From assembly GCA_047967505.1 (NCBI GenBank), contig CM106538.1: a stretch of DNA of 64,000 bases; one strand, written 5' to 3'. The notes under the pieces were generated by a model. The model was not told the origin of the DNA and ran no database searches. It saw only the letters and a list, made by a program, of their open reading frames with translations. A program made the position numbers and the translations under genes. The DNA is from Dipteris shenzhenensis. Lineage: Eukaryota. Of the stretch, positions 36,083 through 48,542 are shown one piece after another. Position 1 is the stretch's first letter. The number at the start of each line of letters is the position of its first letter.

Positions 36083-38229
36083 CCTTTGCTTGAGAATTAG
36101 AGTAGGACTCAAAATAGCACGCAAAGGAGTACGCCTTGTAGATCATTGAAAGAAGAGCATCGAATTCAATCCACAAAAGTGCAAGAAAGATCAGAAAGAG
36201 AAGACAATGTGAGAGAAGAGGTGCTATTCAAACTCTTCCATAGGTTATTATTCAAAAATTGTGAGTATTTATTTCAATATGATATGGGCCAAGATGACAA
36301 TGTCCCATATCGCACCAAGCAATATTTTCCCCAAATTTTCCTATTCTTAATACTTAATACTTAATTATTAGTATTAATAGTTATTATAATTAATTTACAT
36401 TAATTATTTGTCCTTTTTTTTTGGAAAAATGATGGTCATGCAACAATGTGCAAGTGGGTATCACATGGGCCAATATAGCATCGCTTTCTTGCCCGCATGC
36501 ACATGGCTTGTTGTTTGATGGGAAATTTTCCTTTCCTCATGTTTTCTATGTGCCTATGCCTTTGTGCCATTTAAGACGTACGTGCTACTTGCCCATAGGA
36601 AGTCTACACTTAGGAGGAGAAGCAAACATCAACTTAGTGATTAGTTTGTGCTGCGACACGGTGCATCGGCATATGAAGATACTTACATAATATTAGAGCA
36701 TGCAAAGAATATGCAAGAAATGGACAAAATACAAAAGATTTATAAATGAAATGTTGTTGTTGTATGAAAGGGACTCTCAATTTGTACTTGATTACAAGCA
36801 TATTGTGCTTTGTGCTAACACTGCTTAGACAATGTGTGTGTGTGTGTGTGAGACAATAATCCAGCTCTATGGCTCATCCATGTTCATCTCACCTCTTGTA
36901 TGGATAGGAATTTAACTAAATTGAACTATTTTTGTTTGAGGAGCTTTAAAAAGCATCCAAGTGCATCTTCACAAGCATCAATTCTTGAGTCACATATTTG
37001 CATTTTTTAATGTAGCCTCGAACTCCGAAATCTAGTTCTATGGAATTAAGATTGCTACTTGCTAGATTAGTTGTTTGGCCAATCTAACTAGTCTAAGGTA
37101 GTTGTGGGGCGTTTGGCTTTGACATGAGGGAAGGATTCATCGAGTCTACGTCTACATCTACATCTGCATCTGCCAAAGTCATTTTGTAGGGAAAATTGTA
37201 GAAAAGAGAGAAAGAGGGTGATCCCAAAATATGTCCTTGCAACAAAAACTGATGGGGAGCAAAAATTCAGAAGGCATAATAGTCGAATTAGCATTAAGAG
37301 TCAATAAATCTATGACAATCTTTAAATTATGGATCTCATGCTCTATGCAAAACTCCTAGCACCTTGCCATACACTAAGAGTCTTTTAGAAATGAGGCAGT
37401 TGTAAACTGGCATGCAAAAGACGCAAACGAATCCAATGTCCTTAAAAAGTTACATTAAGGATATATCAAGCAAATCAATCCACATTTGGAAATCTCCTAA
37501 TGATTGCCATAAAGTGCTCTTGGGCAAATCACAAATTTTGGATCACCTTCTACTCAATTGCAATTGGTCATGATGCTGAGTTGTAGCAAGCATCACATCT
37601 AAATAGAGCCCAAATGCAGTAAAATAGCAAAAGCTCTTCTTCTACAATTAATGTCGATGAACCAGTGTTAAGAACATGCAAGAATTGACCTTTGCAAGTG
37701 TCAATAGGTAGGACTATGCAAGAATGCCCTAACAATGGAGTAAGTGCATAAAATGTCAAGCAAATGCAACCAACATCCAAATCGCCACATTAGCTTCAAG
37801 AATGTGGGTGGCTGCTGTTAACAAGCACTTGGAGCTTGCACAATAGGTAGAGGTGCTAGAAATGTAAAAACATCCCTAGAACTGTGACAGCAGCACCAAG
37901 ATGCTTTATGCAACCATAAGCTATCATAAGAGATGCAGACAGCTTAGCTTGATTTGCAAGAGCATGCATGAATTCTTACAAAAAACATGCAAGAATGAAC
38001 AAGGAAGTTCGAACATGCATGCAACCCCAGTCTCAACAATAGAAAGTAGAAAAACCTAGACAAATATGAAAATCAATTGAAAAGCAAAAATATCTTTAAA
38101 TTTAAATATATATTTTAACTTAGATAAATTATACTATTTTTACTAAATAAAATTTGACTTTATTATCTATCTTAAGTGGTGCATTGCTATATCAACTCTC
38201 TTTCTAATAATTTTTTACTTAGGAATGGT

Positions 38230-38630
38230 CGTGTTAGGACAAACTAAGATGAAAGACTTTAGTCTCCACATCAAGTAGTTGTAGCTTCAATAAAGAGAAT
38301 GTGAACTACTTTTTAATTTTTATTCTCTTTTAGTGCTATCCTTTGTCACAATTCAGCCTACCCTTTACCTTTGGAGTGCTAATAGAAACTCAATACAAAA
38401 ACCTTTGTGTACCTCAGGTGTTTGTGTGGATTTGTTGTTGATATATCTTTATAATGTGGTCTATACCCATCATTGGGCATTCATGGTGTCATTGGGGATG
38501 TCATATAGCTAGTACGTCCTTGCTATGCATGATAGAGTTTATGCTTTTCAATCCTATGAGTGACAACCATGAGATTGAAACTACTATTTGTTCTGTGTTC
38601 AAAGGATAAGATTAGGCATGTCCTTTGGTG
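38230..38630 (+). repeat. Dispersed ~420-bp repeat, copy 2
   Basis: Similar to 18790-19215. Confidence 0.8.
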
Positions 38631-38643
38631 GAGGGCTCACGGG

Positions 38644-38647
<4 letters not shown>

Positions 38648-38699
<52 letters not shown>

Positions 38700-38744
38700 G
38701 TGTGCTGGGGTGTGTGTACGTGTACCTGTGCATGTGTGTGTGTG

Positions 38745-38784
<40 letters not shown>
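38648..38784. repeat. Compound (GT)n(GA)n microsatellite
   Basis: Seen directly. Confidence 0.97.
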
Positions 38785-38786
<2 letters not shown>

Positions 38787-41159
38787 AACATCCTTAGGTG
38801 GCCTCGCAAGCCTATGGGACAAAGTACACCAATTGAAAGTAACTCATACAAGCCTCAAAGGGTGGAAGCAAAGCGCACACTAGGGCCCTGGTTGCTATTC
38901 TTTTAAGTCCAGGGATGGCTGGAGTACCCAAGTCAAAATGAAGGGTAAGCAGAGGGAAGACACTTCCTAAAGATGCAGTGAAATGTCACCTACATGATAA
39001 GCATCATATAGGGACATATGCAAAGAATGCTTGAAAAATGCATAAGTATCGAGAGGGTAAGTCAAGGATATGTGATGGTTTCTATCATACACAAACAACA
39101 TACACACATGCACACACACCATACAGAGAACACACAATACAGGGCCAAACACTTTCCTCATACGAGAAACATTAGTGTCATGACTCTAGTCAGGAAAAAA
39201 TGAACAACATAGGCCAGCGACGAGCAGGAACAAAAGCCTACTCTCTTGACACAGACAAACTCAAATAAAACCAATGAGAAGGGATAATTCACAAAAGAGG
39301 TCCTTTAAATAGGGTAGAGGGAAAAAACACATGACTAGAGAGAGAAGCTTTGTGGGAAAAGGGAAGCCAAAAAGAAACAAGATTGGAGGAAGCGAGAGAA
39401 GAAAGGGGCTAAAACGGTCTAACACCTAAGAGACCATGCTTAGACACCCAAAAAATGGGAGAAGACAAAGGTAAACGAACTAAAAAGAAGGAGAACTTCA
39501 TCAACCAAATAAGGAAGCCCCCAAGCCAAAAACTTGGAAACTCCAACGGATGCAGCAGACTACCCCATTGGATACTCCACCGAGCAAAGGCAATGAGCCA
39601 AAGCTTAAGCTTAGAGAAGGCCCAAGTGATGAAATGCAACAAGGAAAGGATAGCATGCTGGACAAGCCTGAGGAGAAAGTAGCAGGAGCAAAGAAAGAAC
39701 ACTCAAATGGCTAACAGTAGAGTAGGTAAAGGAACAATGGGCATGCCCAAATTCCAAACAGATAAGGAAGCTTGAGCAATGATGCAGAGGAGGTGCCTCC
39801 ATTCAGGAAGAAAGTGTAGGGGGGATGGTCCCATGGAAGACTTTTCGGGAAGGAAAGCGTTCAAAATCTCACAAGCAACCAAAAAACATGAGCCATATTT
39901 CGGGCATTTTTCGACTTGGAAAGTCCATTCCTCCACATGAAGGGCTAAAGGATTTCCTTGGTTAGAATAATTGTGGGGGGTTTAGTCTCGTTCGTCGCCA
40001 TTTGGGGGAAGGTTTATATGGTTGGATCAGACATCGAAGATTTAATTCAATACCAAAATCAAAGAGAAGAAAACCATTAGAAGAATACTCTTTTTGTACT
40101 TACGAGCATGTGCACCTCTTGGCATGTTAATTCAATATATTTAAATGATATGGTGCTTCTTCAAATGATATAGTATAGTGATCAAAGCCATAGATGTTTC
40201 ATGCTAGGGAGATTCTATATAATGAGACCAAGTTTGGATACTCTTGTTTGCATGTAAGAGCATGCGAGCTTGTTTTTTAGGTCTCCTTGGCAAGTTGATT
40301 TAACCCATTTAAGTCTCCAAAATCCATTGGCAATCTTTTAGTCATTGGTCCAACTTGATTTTTGTTAAATCATACTATCATGTGGCATTTGACAATCCAA
40401 TTCCAATTGTTATATTGGCATCTCCTTAAAGGATACTTTAATGTGGTCACTACCAGTGCCATGCCCTCTTTTTGGTACGATACTAAGAGGTACTCTTTCT
40501 CAAGTCTAGTCATTATTTACCATGAGAAATGTGTAAGGTGGGCACCTTTAGCTAATATCATATAGTCATCATCAGTATCATCATATGCATCTGTTGCTAA
40601 TATAGTGATCATTATTATTGTCTTTAGCCATGGTACCATATATCTACCTCTAGTATAGTTTCCTCTACTAAATTGGATCCCTCCATCTACCTCATCAATA
40701 TCTTTCTTTTAGTTAGCCTAGTTTGCCTATTTGCTAAGAATTAAGTGGTTCCTGTAAGCTTTTTGAAATACACTACTACCTTGGGTGTATTGAGTGGCAT
40801 GAACGACTCCAAAGGGTCTTCAGCAAAATTTGCTAGTGCAATGAGCACAAATACTTTGGTGTAATGTAAAATGATTGATGCATTCAGCCCTATTGGTGCC
40901 TGACAATAGAGAAAGAACGATTGAAGGCCGCTTTGGGAGGCATTTCAAGATAAAGTAGGCTTAGATTACTCATCATGCACCATACTATATGATCAAAGCA
41001 TAATGTAGTAGCATCATATGTTCCGGCATCCTAACATCTACATTATATGTAAGGACATCTGACATGTAAGATGTCTTTTACATATTTGAAATTAGTTTTT
41101 TGTTTTTAAAATTCTACCTTTACACTTTCCAAATATTATTTCTTGTTGGTTATGGTCAT

Positions 41160-41448
41160 TCATCATCATCGGGAAGGCTTCTAAGATTTCTAGATTAATA
41201 GTACTCCTACTCTCATCTAAGCTACCTAGTTTTTTCGCATTCTACCCTTAGGTCCTTTGTGAAGCAAGTAGATTCAAGAAACAACCAACTGAATGGCTTA
41301 GTTTCATTTATCATCATCGGGAAGGCTTCTAAGATTTCTAGATTAATAGTAATCCTAACCTCATCTAAGGAACCTAGTTTTTTGCATTCTACCTTAAAGT
41401 CCTTTGTGAAGCAATAAGATCACCAAGAAACAACCAAGTGAGAATGGC
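41160..41448. repeat. Two-copy ~150-bp tandem duplication
   Basis: ATCATCATCGGGAAGGCTTCTAAGATTTCTAGATTAATAGTA..CAAGAAACAACCAA twice. Confidence 0.9.
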
Positions 41449-43099
41449 CTTGAACCAAAGATCCAAAGAACCAAGGGCCACAAGCATGGTGGTCCAGATG
41501 AAAGTTAGTTAAATGTAATTGATTGCAATTAAGTACGATTGGCATCATTAAATTGAGTTAAAGTGCATGAAGATTGCCACCCTCATCTTCCTGTACACTT
41601 TATCATATACTCACCTTTGAAAGCTTGGACACACTACTATCTCTATGCTTCTACATGGTATCACCTTGTTATCTAAGAATAGTGAGTCTACTTAATCGAT
41701 ATCATGTACCCACTTGTTGGAGCTTTCAAAATGATTCGTTATCCATGTTGTGACTGAATTGGTTTGTAATTGTATATGATCAAATTGTTTACAATAGCCA
41801 AATTCTACTTGTCATGCCACTTGCCCTTTGGACAGTGGCTCATGATGATGCATCCTCCACTAGGAACCAATGCTATGCTAGTAGTAGCAAACTATAGCTT
41901 GCACAAGGCCATGTGTCCGCCACAAAAAATCGACAGGGTGGTGGTAATAAATACAATCTACATGGTGCTCCTAGGAATTCATGATGCCATTTGTGAAATT
42001 TTGATAAGCGCATCAATTATCAGTAGTGGTAGTGAGGGAGGATACATAGATAGCTCAAAGCATTGCCAAGAGAAAACGAGTGCTTGTTAGAAATACATTC
42101 AAAATACTCCAATAGAAGAAAAAAACAATTGTGTAACCTTAGAGGACTATGGCTTTATTGTGACAACCATTTCAAAAAAGAAGATTAAAGTAGATTGAGA
42201 TACCCTTCATCATCTTCACTAACAATACATCCAACTATAATTACATCCCTAAAATACTAAATCTCATTTATGAAGTGCACACTACTACTTCTAACTTGGA
42301 TATCAGATGCTGGAAAATAATGCTCAAAAAAGAAAAAGGCAAAGCCTTTGTTGCAAACTCTTTCTTTGCCCATTTTTATCTTAGGTTATTTTATCTCCTT
42401 AAACAACCTTTAAACAAATGGCTAATCTGAAGCTCCATTCCTTTACACTTGCATTAATCTTAAGCACCTTCAAAACAAATAGCTAAGCTTAAGCACCATT
42501 CCTTCACGCTTGCAATAAAGATATAAACCTATAAATTTTCATAATTAGTAGATACTAATTGCATAGAAGACCACACAAAGTTATTGATACAATATCATTC
42601 ATTAACTTGTAATAACCATGCAAGTTCAAGTCTTGACCTTTTCATCCATACCTTATCAAATGTGTGGATTACAAGAATGGTTGATTGATTTATTTTCCCT
42701 TGTATGACATGATAATATCATACATGTAGGAATTCTTACATTATTTCATGCATGTAGGAATAATTACATGCATTTTATTTCCTTGTATTACATGATAATA
42801 TCATGCATGTAAGGAATTCTTACATTATTTCAATTCTTACATTATTTCAATTACATCATTCATCTACATATTGTCTCTTTTCATCAACTCTTAGAGGCTC
42901 TTCATGCTACATTTAAATATCTATTTCTAAATAAGTGCCCCGTCAAAAGCTTCCAAACATTCAGCTCTTTGTGTATTGAAACCTGTAAATGGATACACCG
43001 AATAGTCCATGCGAGGAATCATTATAGCTTAAACCACAAAGAGCAAATGTTATTGAAAAGGTGTGATGCCACTCCCAAAACACCACGTCATAGAATATC

Positions 43100-43232
43100 A
43101 GTAGCTCATAGATGCCACGTTTTTCAATATCCAACTCTCATGTTTCCAATTATTTTATGAGTTACTGTATAGCTCATAGATACTGCGTATTTCAATATTC
43201 AACTTTCATGTTTCCAATTATTTTATGAGTTA
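43100..43232. repeat. Two-copy ~70-bp tandem duplication
   Basis: TAGCTCATAGAT..TTTCAATAT..CATGTTTCCAATTATTTTATGAGTTA twice. Confidence 0.85.
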
Positions 43233-44154
43233 GTATTGAGCTGGTCCAATCATGAAGAGTTAGTGGATAGACCGGTTTCAATCTCTACTACAATATCTGT
43301 TAATGAAATCTCATATATGAAATGTTTCAAGTGCTATGAATGATGAGCATTTCTAACTCATGTTCACAATAAGAGCATGCATGACATTTAGGGATGATTG
43401 TTTCATGGTAATTCCTTTAAGAATTAGCTAAGATTTGCTTAGTTTCAAAGTATATATTCTATAGATCTTAAAATTTGATTTGAAACATTCTTGCCAAATT
43501 TTGAAAAAAATAAAATTGGTTGTTTATTTTCAAAGGAAAGAGAGAAGAGAACTAACCCAAGAGTGGCATGCCCTTTCTTGGTCATAACCAATGGGATGCA
43601 ATACTTATAAAGCACACAAGCCAACAATTGTCAATAGAGCTCTTCATAGTGAAGGTTCACACGATCCATGCCTAATCTAAGGTGCACATGCTCTGGATCA
43701 TTCCTAAAAAACAGCCATACTTCATATGTTTTCATGCTCAATAATCAATGGGCACTAACTACATGTATGCATTATGTGCCATGTGCCACGGGTAGTTTTG
43801 CTTGCCATTTCTTACAATACATGTCCATCATTTAGGATGCCAATGGAAATGACCTAAACATGCATGAACCAACATCCAAACAAAAGTCACTTAACAACAT
43901 GCAAAACAAAAAGATATTTGCATATTGAGCAATAACAAAGTTAAGACACTAAAATCACTACCAACTTGAAATCATGTCTCGTTACATATCCATGTTGATT
44001 CATCATTCTACTATGCTTTAAGCCATTGATTTGATCCTTATAGTGCATTGTTATAGTTTACATACACATTGGAAAGAGCATGTATAACTTTCCTAGATTT
44101 AGGGCATGGTTTGAGTGAGTGAAAGCTTCTAATGCAAGAAAGTACAACCACTAT

Positions 44155-45735
44155 AGGCATGCCTTCATCATTTATTCCATCTTTTGGGCATTTTCAAATT
44201 TCTCATGGAGGGCCGTATGCTCAGACAGCGGACTCACATTGGTTGGGCACAGTGGAACAGTGGTCCAGCAGGGTCCTTTGGCCATTGGAGCAAACTACCT
44301 ATGGAGACGGAGGCGAGGCTTGATGCCCTAGCGCATCTGCGAGGGATAGGGCAACGGATGGGTGAGATTGACTAAGCCATTTCGGAGTCCTGGTGGAAAG
44401 GACTTCACGTTTAGAGAGACAGCAGATGGTTGGGGCAGTTTTCCCATACTAGTGTTTCCTCGCGGATGTTGATGCAGCACAACATCACGCACCCCGGCTT
44501 CTTCCATGTAGAACTTGGAGGCCTACTTCAACCACTCACTTAGAGTGATCTTGCGATGGATGGAAGTCTTCGTGGGATACTAACAGATGATCTGAGTGGT
44601 GGGACGTTTGGGGAAGGAGTGGCACATTGACCCTCCCAGTATTTCAAAGCAAGACACCTCTAGATGGCACCTTTGGCTGTGGGAGGGTAGACCCCTGAGG
44701 GAGGTCTATGGGATCCGAAAGAGTGGTTTTGGCCCTCCAAGGGTGGCCTAATTCAGTAGGGGGATGAAGTGCCCTTCTTTTCCTACAGCACATGGATTGG
44801 CAAGAGGCTTCAGATGGACTCGTCGAGGTGGACCCCTTCGAGGGAGAGACATTAGGTGACCCAGAGAGTACACTCGGATGTGCGCTCTAGATTTTGGACA
44901 CAATTGTGGTCCAACTTGTGGCCGAGGAAGCTCTCTTACTTATTCTAACTGGCCGCCCATGGAGGCTTGCCCATCGGACCGTGGTTGGAGCAGATGCAAG
45001 TGGACGGACAATGCCGTTGTTGGTCTAACGGTGTCCTGGAGACTATCCCGCATTACCTGTGGAGCTATCGTAGCGCACCAAGGATCTGGATGGGAGTCCT
45101 CAGGATCATGACACGTATGCAAAGTCTTCATAGAGACCACCTGGGGGATGGTGGCTTGGTTGACACAGGGAGGATACACGTTTGAAATTGATGAGATCTC
45201 CCCCACCTACCGGATACAAGGTTAGAGCATCCAAAGGATCGCACTCCACGAGACAATCTCCCCTGACAATCTATCTCCTCCTCCTAAGGAGGACAGTGTT
45301 TGGGAGGTAGTAGCCAACATCACAGCTTGGAACATTTGGGTGGCTCGTTGCCATCTTGTGATGGGTGAGCACCCGGTTCCACGCGCAGCTACCCTAGTTG
45401 CCATATGACAGGATATCATCTACGCTCTATGGTCCACTTGGGAGCGCAAGACTCCAAGCTCTAGGACGACTATCGAGAGGCGTGATCGTTTCTGCAAGGC
45501 TTGACCTGTTGGTGTTTTCTACATCTTCACTCCGCGAGGGATTCGTTGGCTGTATAGTCCCCCTACTTGGCTATTAGCCCTGGTTCCAAAGATCCCCTAA
45601 GCAGTGAGCTGGGGTTTCTCAAAACGCTAGCTTTTCATTTAGCTTTTTCCAGGGTTTTTCCATACTCAGCACCTTCGGGGCTTGTATGAAATCTTTCAAG
45701 CATTAATAGAAGGTTCATTTCTTTGGAAAAAAAAA
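44155..45735 (+). mobile_element. 5'-truncated LINE (L1-like) 3' end with zf-RVT-like region and poly(A)
   Basis: FWTQLWSNLWPRKLSYLF*LAAHGGLPIG..CRC..ETIPHYLW..APRIW and AWNIWVARC; ends in an A-run at about 45727-45735. Confidence 0.8.
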
Positions 45736-47612
45736 CAAAGCAAAACATTAGATACCATTGTCTAGATGTGATCACCTATCTTTGTATTGATAGAGGCACA
45801 CCAAATAGCTCATTTTATTTCAAGAATTATTACATGCGAGTGTGATTGGATCACACTTCCATGTAATAATCTTGCATTTGACAAACAACTTAACATGATC
45901 TAAACTAACAAATCCATCAAATTGCAAGAAAGTAACATGTTCAAGCTAAGATAATGTACTTTGCTCCATGTCGTCCCTTTAGAAGTGCTGTTTCGACAAG
46001 TACAACCTGTCATTGGAGGTGTGGCAAAAAATTGCACCGCAAAAAAAAAGGGAGATTCGATATCAAAAATTTGAATGGATTCGAAATGGTCAAGCTTTAC
46101 CAAAAAGTCGAAAGCCAACATGACAACATGCCAAATATGAAAAATAGATCACATCAAGAACCCTAAAGGAGAAGGCCCAAAATGACATTAATGCAGCACA
46201 TCACAACCTTGAACAAACACCTCCCCAAAACCACCTTGCCCATTATACTAAATGATTGCGTGAGATTAATGTCTTTGGCAAATGACATACTTAATCCATC
46301 ATTTTATTCATGTTCTCTGAAAAAGCAATCACTTTCCCGCAGCAGCAGTGGCTGTGACTTCACGAACATCTGCAAAACCATATCAGTGCATTAGTATTAA
46401 GGACTTAATCATACACTTTTTCTTTTTTTTTGGGGGGGGGGGTGGGGGGGGGTTTTGTATGCTCAACTGAAGTAAAAGCAGGAAAGGTGGCTTTCAACGG
46501 GTACCATCAACTCCACCCAATGATGGTAACACTTATTAAGACATTGCATTGACATAACACCACCCAATCTGGGTGCCAATCATTGCACAAGGTTGTGACC
46601 ATCAAGCATCACCGGGAAAGCTATATTTTACTGGCCATTGAGGGAAATAATAATTTGTATGATTTCCTTACATGTTTGCTGTAGTTTGAAAGATCTATTG
46701 AAGGATACAGTTGACATTGTGAGCAATCCAAATCTCGTGATGAAAGCTTTCAATATACTACACTAATGACTAGTTTTGTGTAGGCTAGTCATACGGACAG
46801 GATAATATGGTCAGCATGCTGTCCAAGCGTTGATAATGAAATCATCATTATTCCTTGGCATTTTTAACACATACAAACAATTCCAAATCTATATGCATTC
46901 ATATGCGATGCCTCTACTTACTCAAATCACCAAAACGTATACCTCACGAGTTGAGCATGTGTTCACTCCATATGAATCAATGTGAATCTAAAAAAAAGCT
47001 TGTCAATAGATTTACAAATGATTTTCTCTACCATTTAGGAGGTTTGTTCTCCCATCCAAAGGGTCCTCACTTTCTTTCTCTGTCTTGAATGTTCTGTCTA
47101 TTGCATGGAAGATGGCTACACTGATGACATCCGTTCTATCCCATGATCTAATAAGTTTCCATTTACGTTAGGGCTTACACGGAGTTGCATTGGAAGATTC
47201 CTGCTAGTATCGCACTACATCTATGAAGGTGCTCAGAAATTACAGCCATCTTCATACTCCCATTCCCCTTTTATTTTGAACAGTATCCCATAACATTGCA
47301 TTTAAGGCATAAAACAAAACCAAAGAGCCCAAATGAAATTCAAATAAAAATTATCTGCAGTTGTGCTTCAGAACTTGTTCTGTTAACAGGAGCTAGGATG
47401 ACTTGTAGACCAGATGCAGCAGCAAACTGAAAACAAAACCTCACATGTACGCATTCATCATTGCACAATAATAGAACTGCAGGGGCACCTTCCAGGACAT
47501 TGCCTCTACCCTCATCTAAGCGGTTGAAGGCCCTACATGAAGAATGACAGAGCACCTCAGCCATGTCTATTGCGGTTCTACTGTATATACCTAGATGAAT
47601 CCAGGAACATTC

Positions 47613-48542
47613 TGTCACCACAATGTAAATATCCTAAGTCAAAGTATAGTTGACCATTTATATGATCATAATTAAAGAGTTTTCATATGTGTTGATTATG
47701 GTCAAAGAGTTCTTTTAACAGTCAAAGAATTGACTACGGTCAAAGATACTTGACTCTGGTCAAGTAAGCCTGACTTCGGTCGGGGAGACTTGATTTATTA
47801 AGAAGAGGGTTAACTGCGGTTAACCAGAGAACCATAGAGCTAACTACGGTCAGAGTGTTGACTTCGGTCAATGAGACTTGGCATGCGCCAAGAGGGTTAA
47901 CTACTAACCAAGTTGTGCCAACTTCGGTTGGAGAGATGTGCCAGCTTCAGTTGGAGAGACTTGGCCATAATTAAGGCGCCACGACCTTTGGTCAAAGCTC
48001 CTTAATTACGACCAAGAGGGTTGACTTCGGTCGACCAAGAATTGTGTTCTATCATCTATGTTTTGTTCACATGCTTGTTCAGTGGGGACGCCCACATGTG
48101 ACTAGGATTAGTCCATAGTTTATTATATGCATGCAAAGCGCTAACAATTAATGGGTGCCATGGTAGTGCGCTTTAATAAATTATTGCAGGTACTATGAGG
48201 GGCTAAAGACCCAAGTAATTTGGAGCGTAGTGAGTATTTCGGAGGCCACCAGCCTGACCACATGTAATAGGATTTAGTCTAAATTTTTGACAAGTGGCAT
48301 GTTGCCATTTTGGAATGAGCTTGAAGCTCTTGTAAAATGAATTCACGTTTGAATTTGTATTGGACAGCTCTACGCTGAGCTTGTATTCCTTCTTCTCTCA
48401 AGTAATAAAATCCTTCCGGGGGGTCCAGCCCGACGATTTGTCTTGGGCCCTAGTACTGTGTAGAGTGAGAGAGTGAAAGAGAGCTTGAAAGAGAGAGAGA
48501 GAGTAAAGGCAGGTAGAAAAGAAAAACAGCCGGGAGTTTGCA
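47613..48542 (+). repeat. 5' LTR (930 bp)
   Basis: TG..CA ends, followed by the PBS; aligns with 53696-54545. Confidence 0.93.

Noticed and set aside
37550-37960. Hydrophobic minus-strand frames vaguely like a membrane transporter
   Set aside because: Multiple stops and no convincing motif series.
38560-38906. Overlapping ORFs rich in CV, ER and HT
   Set aside because: Translations of (GT)n(GA)n microsatellites; the same applies to 19676-19888.
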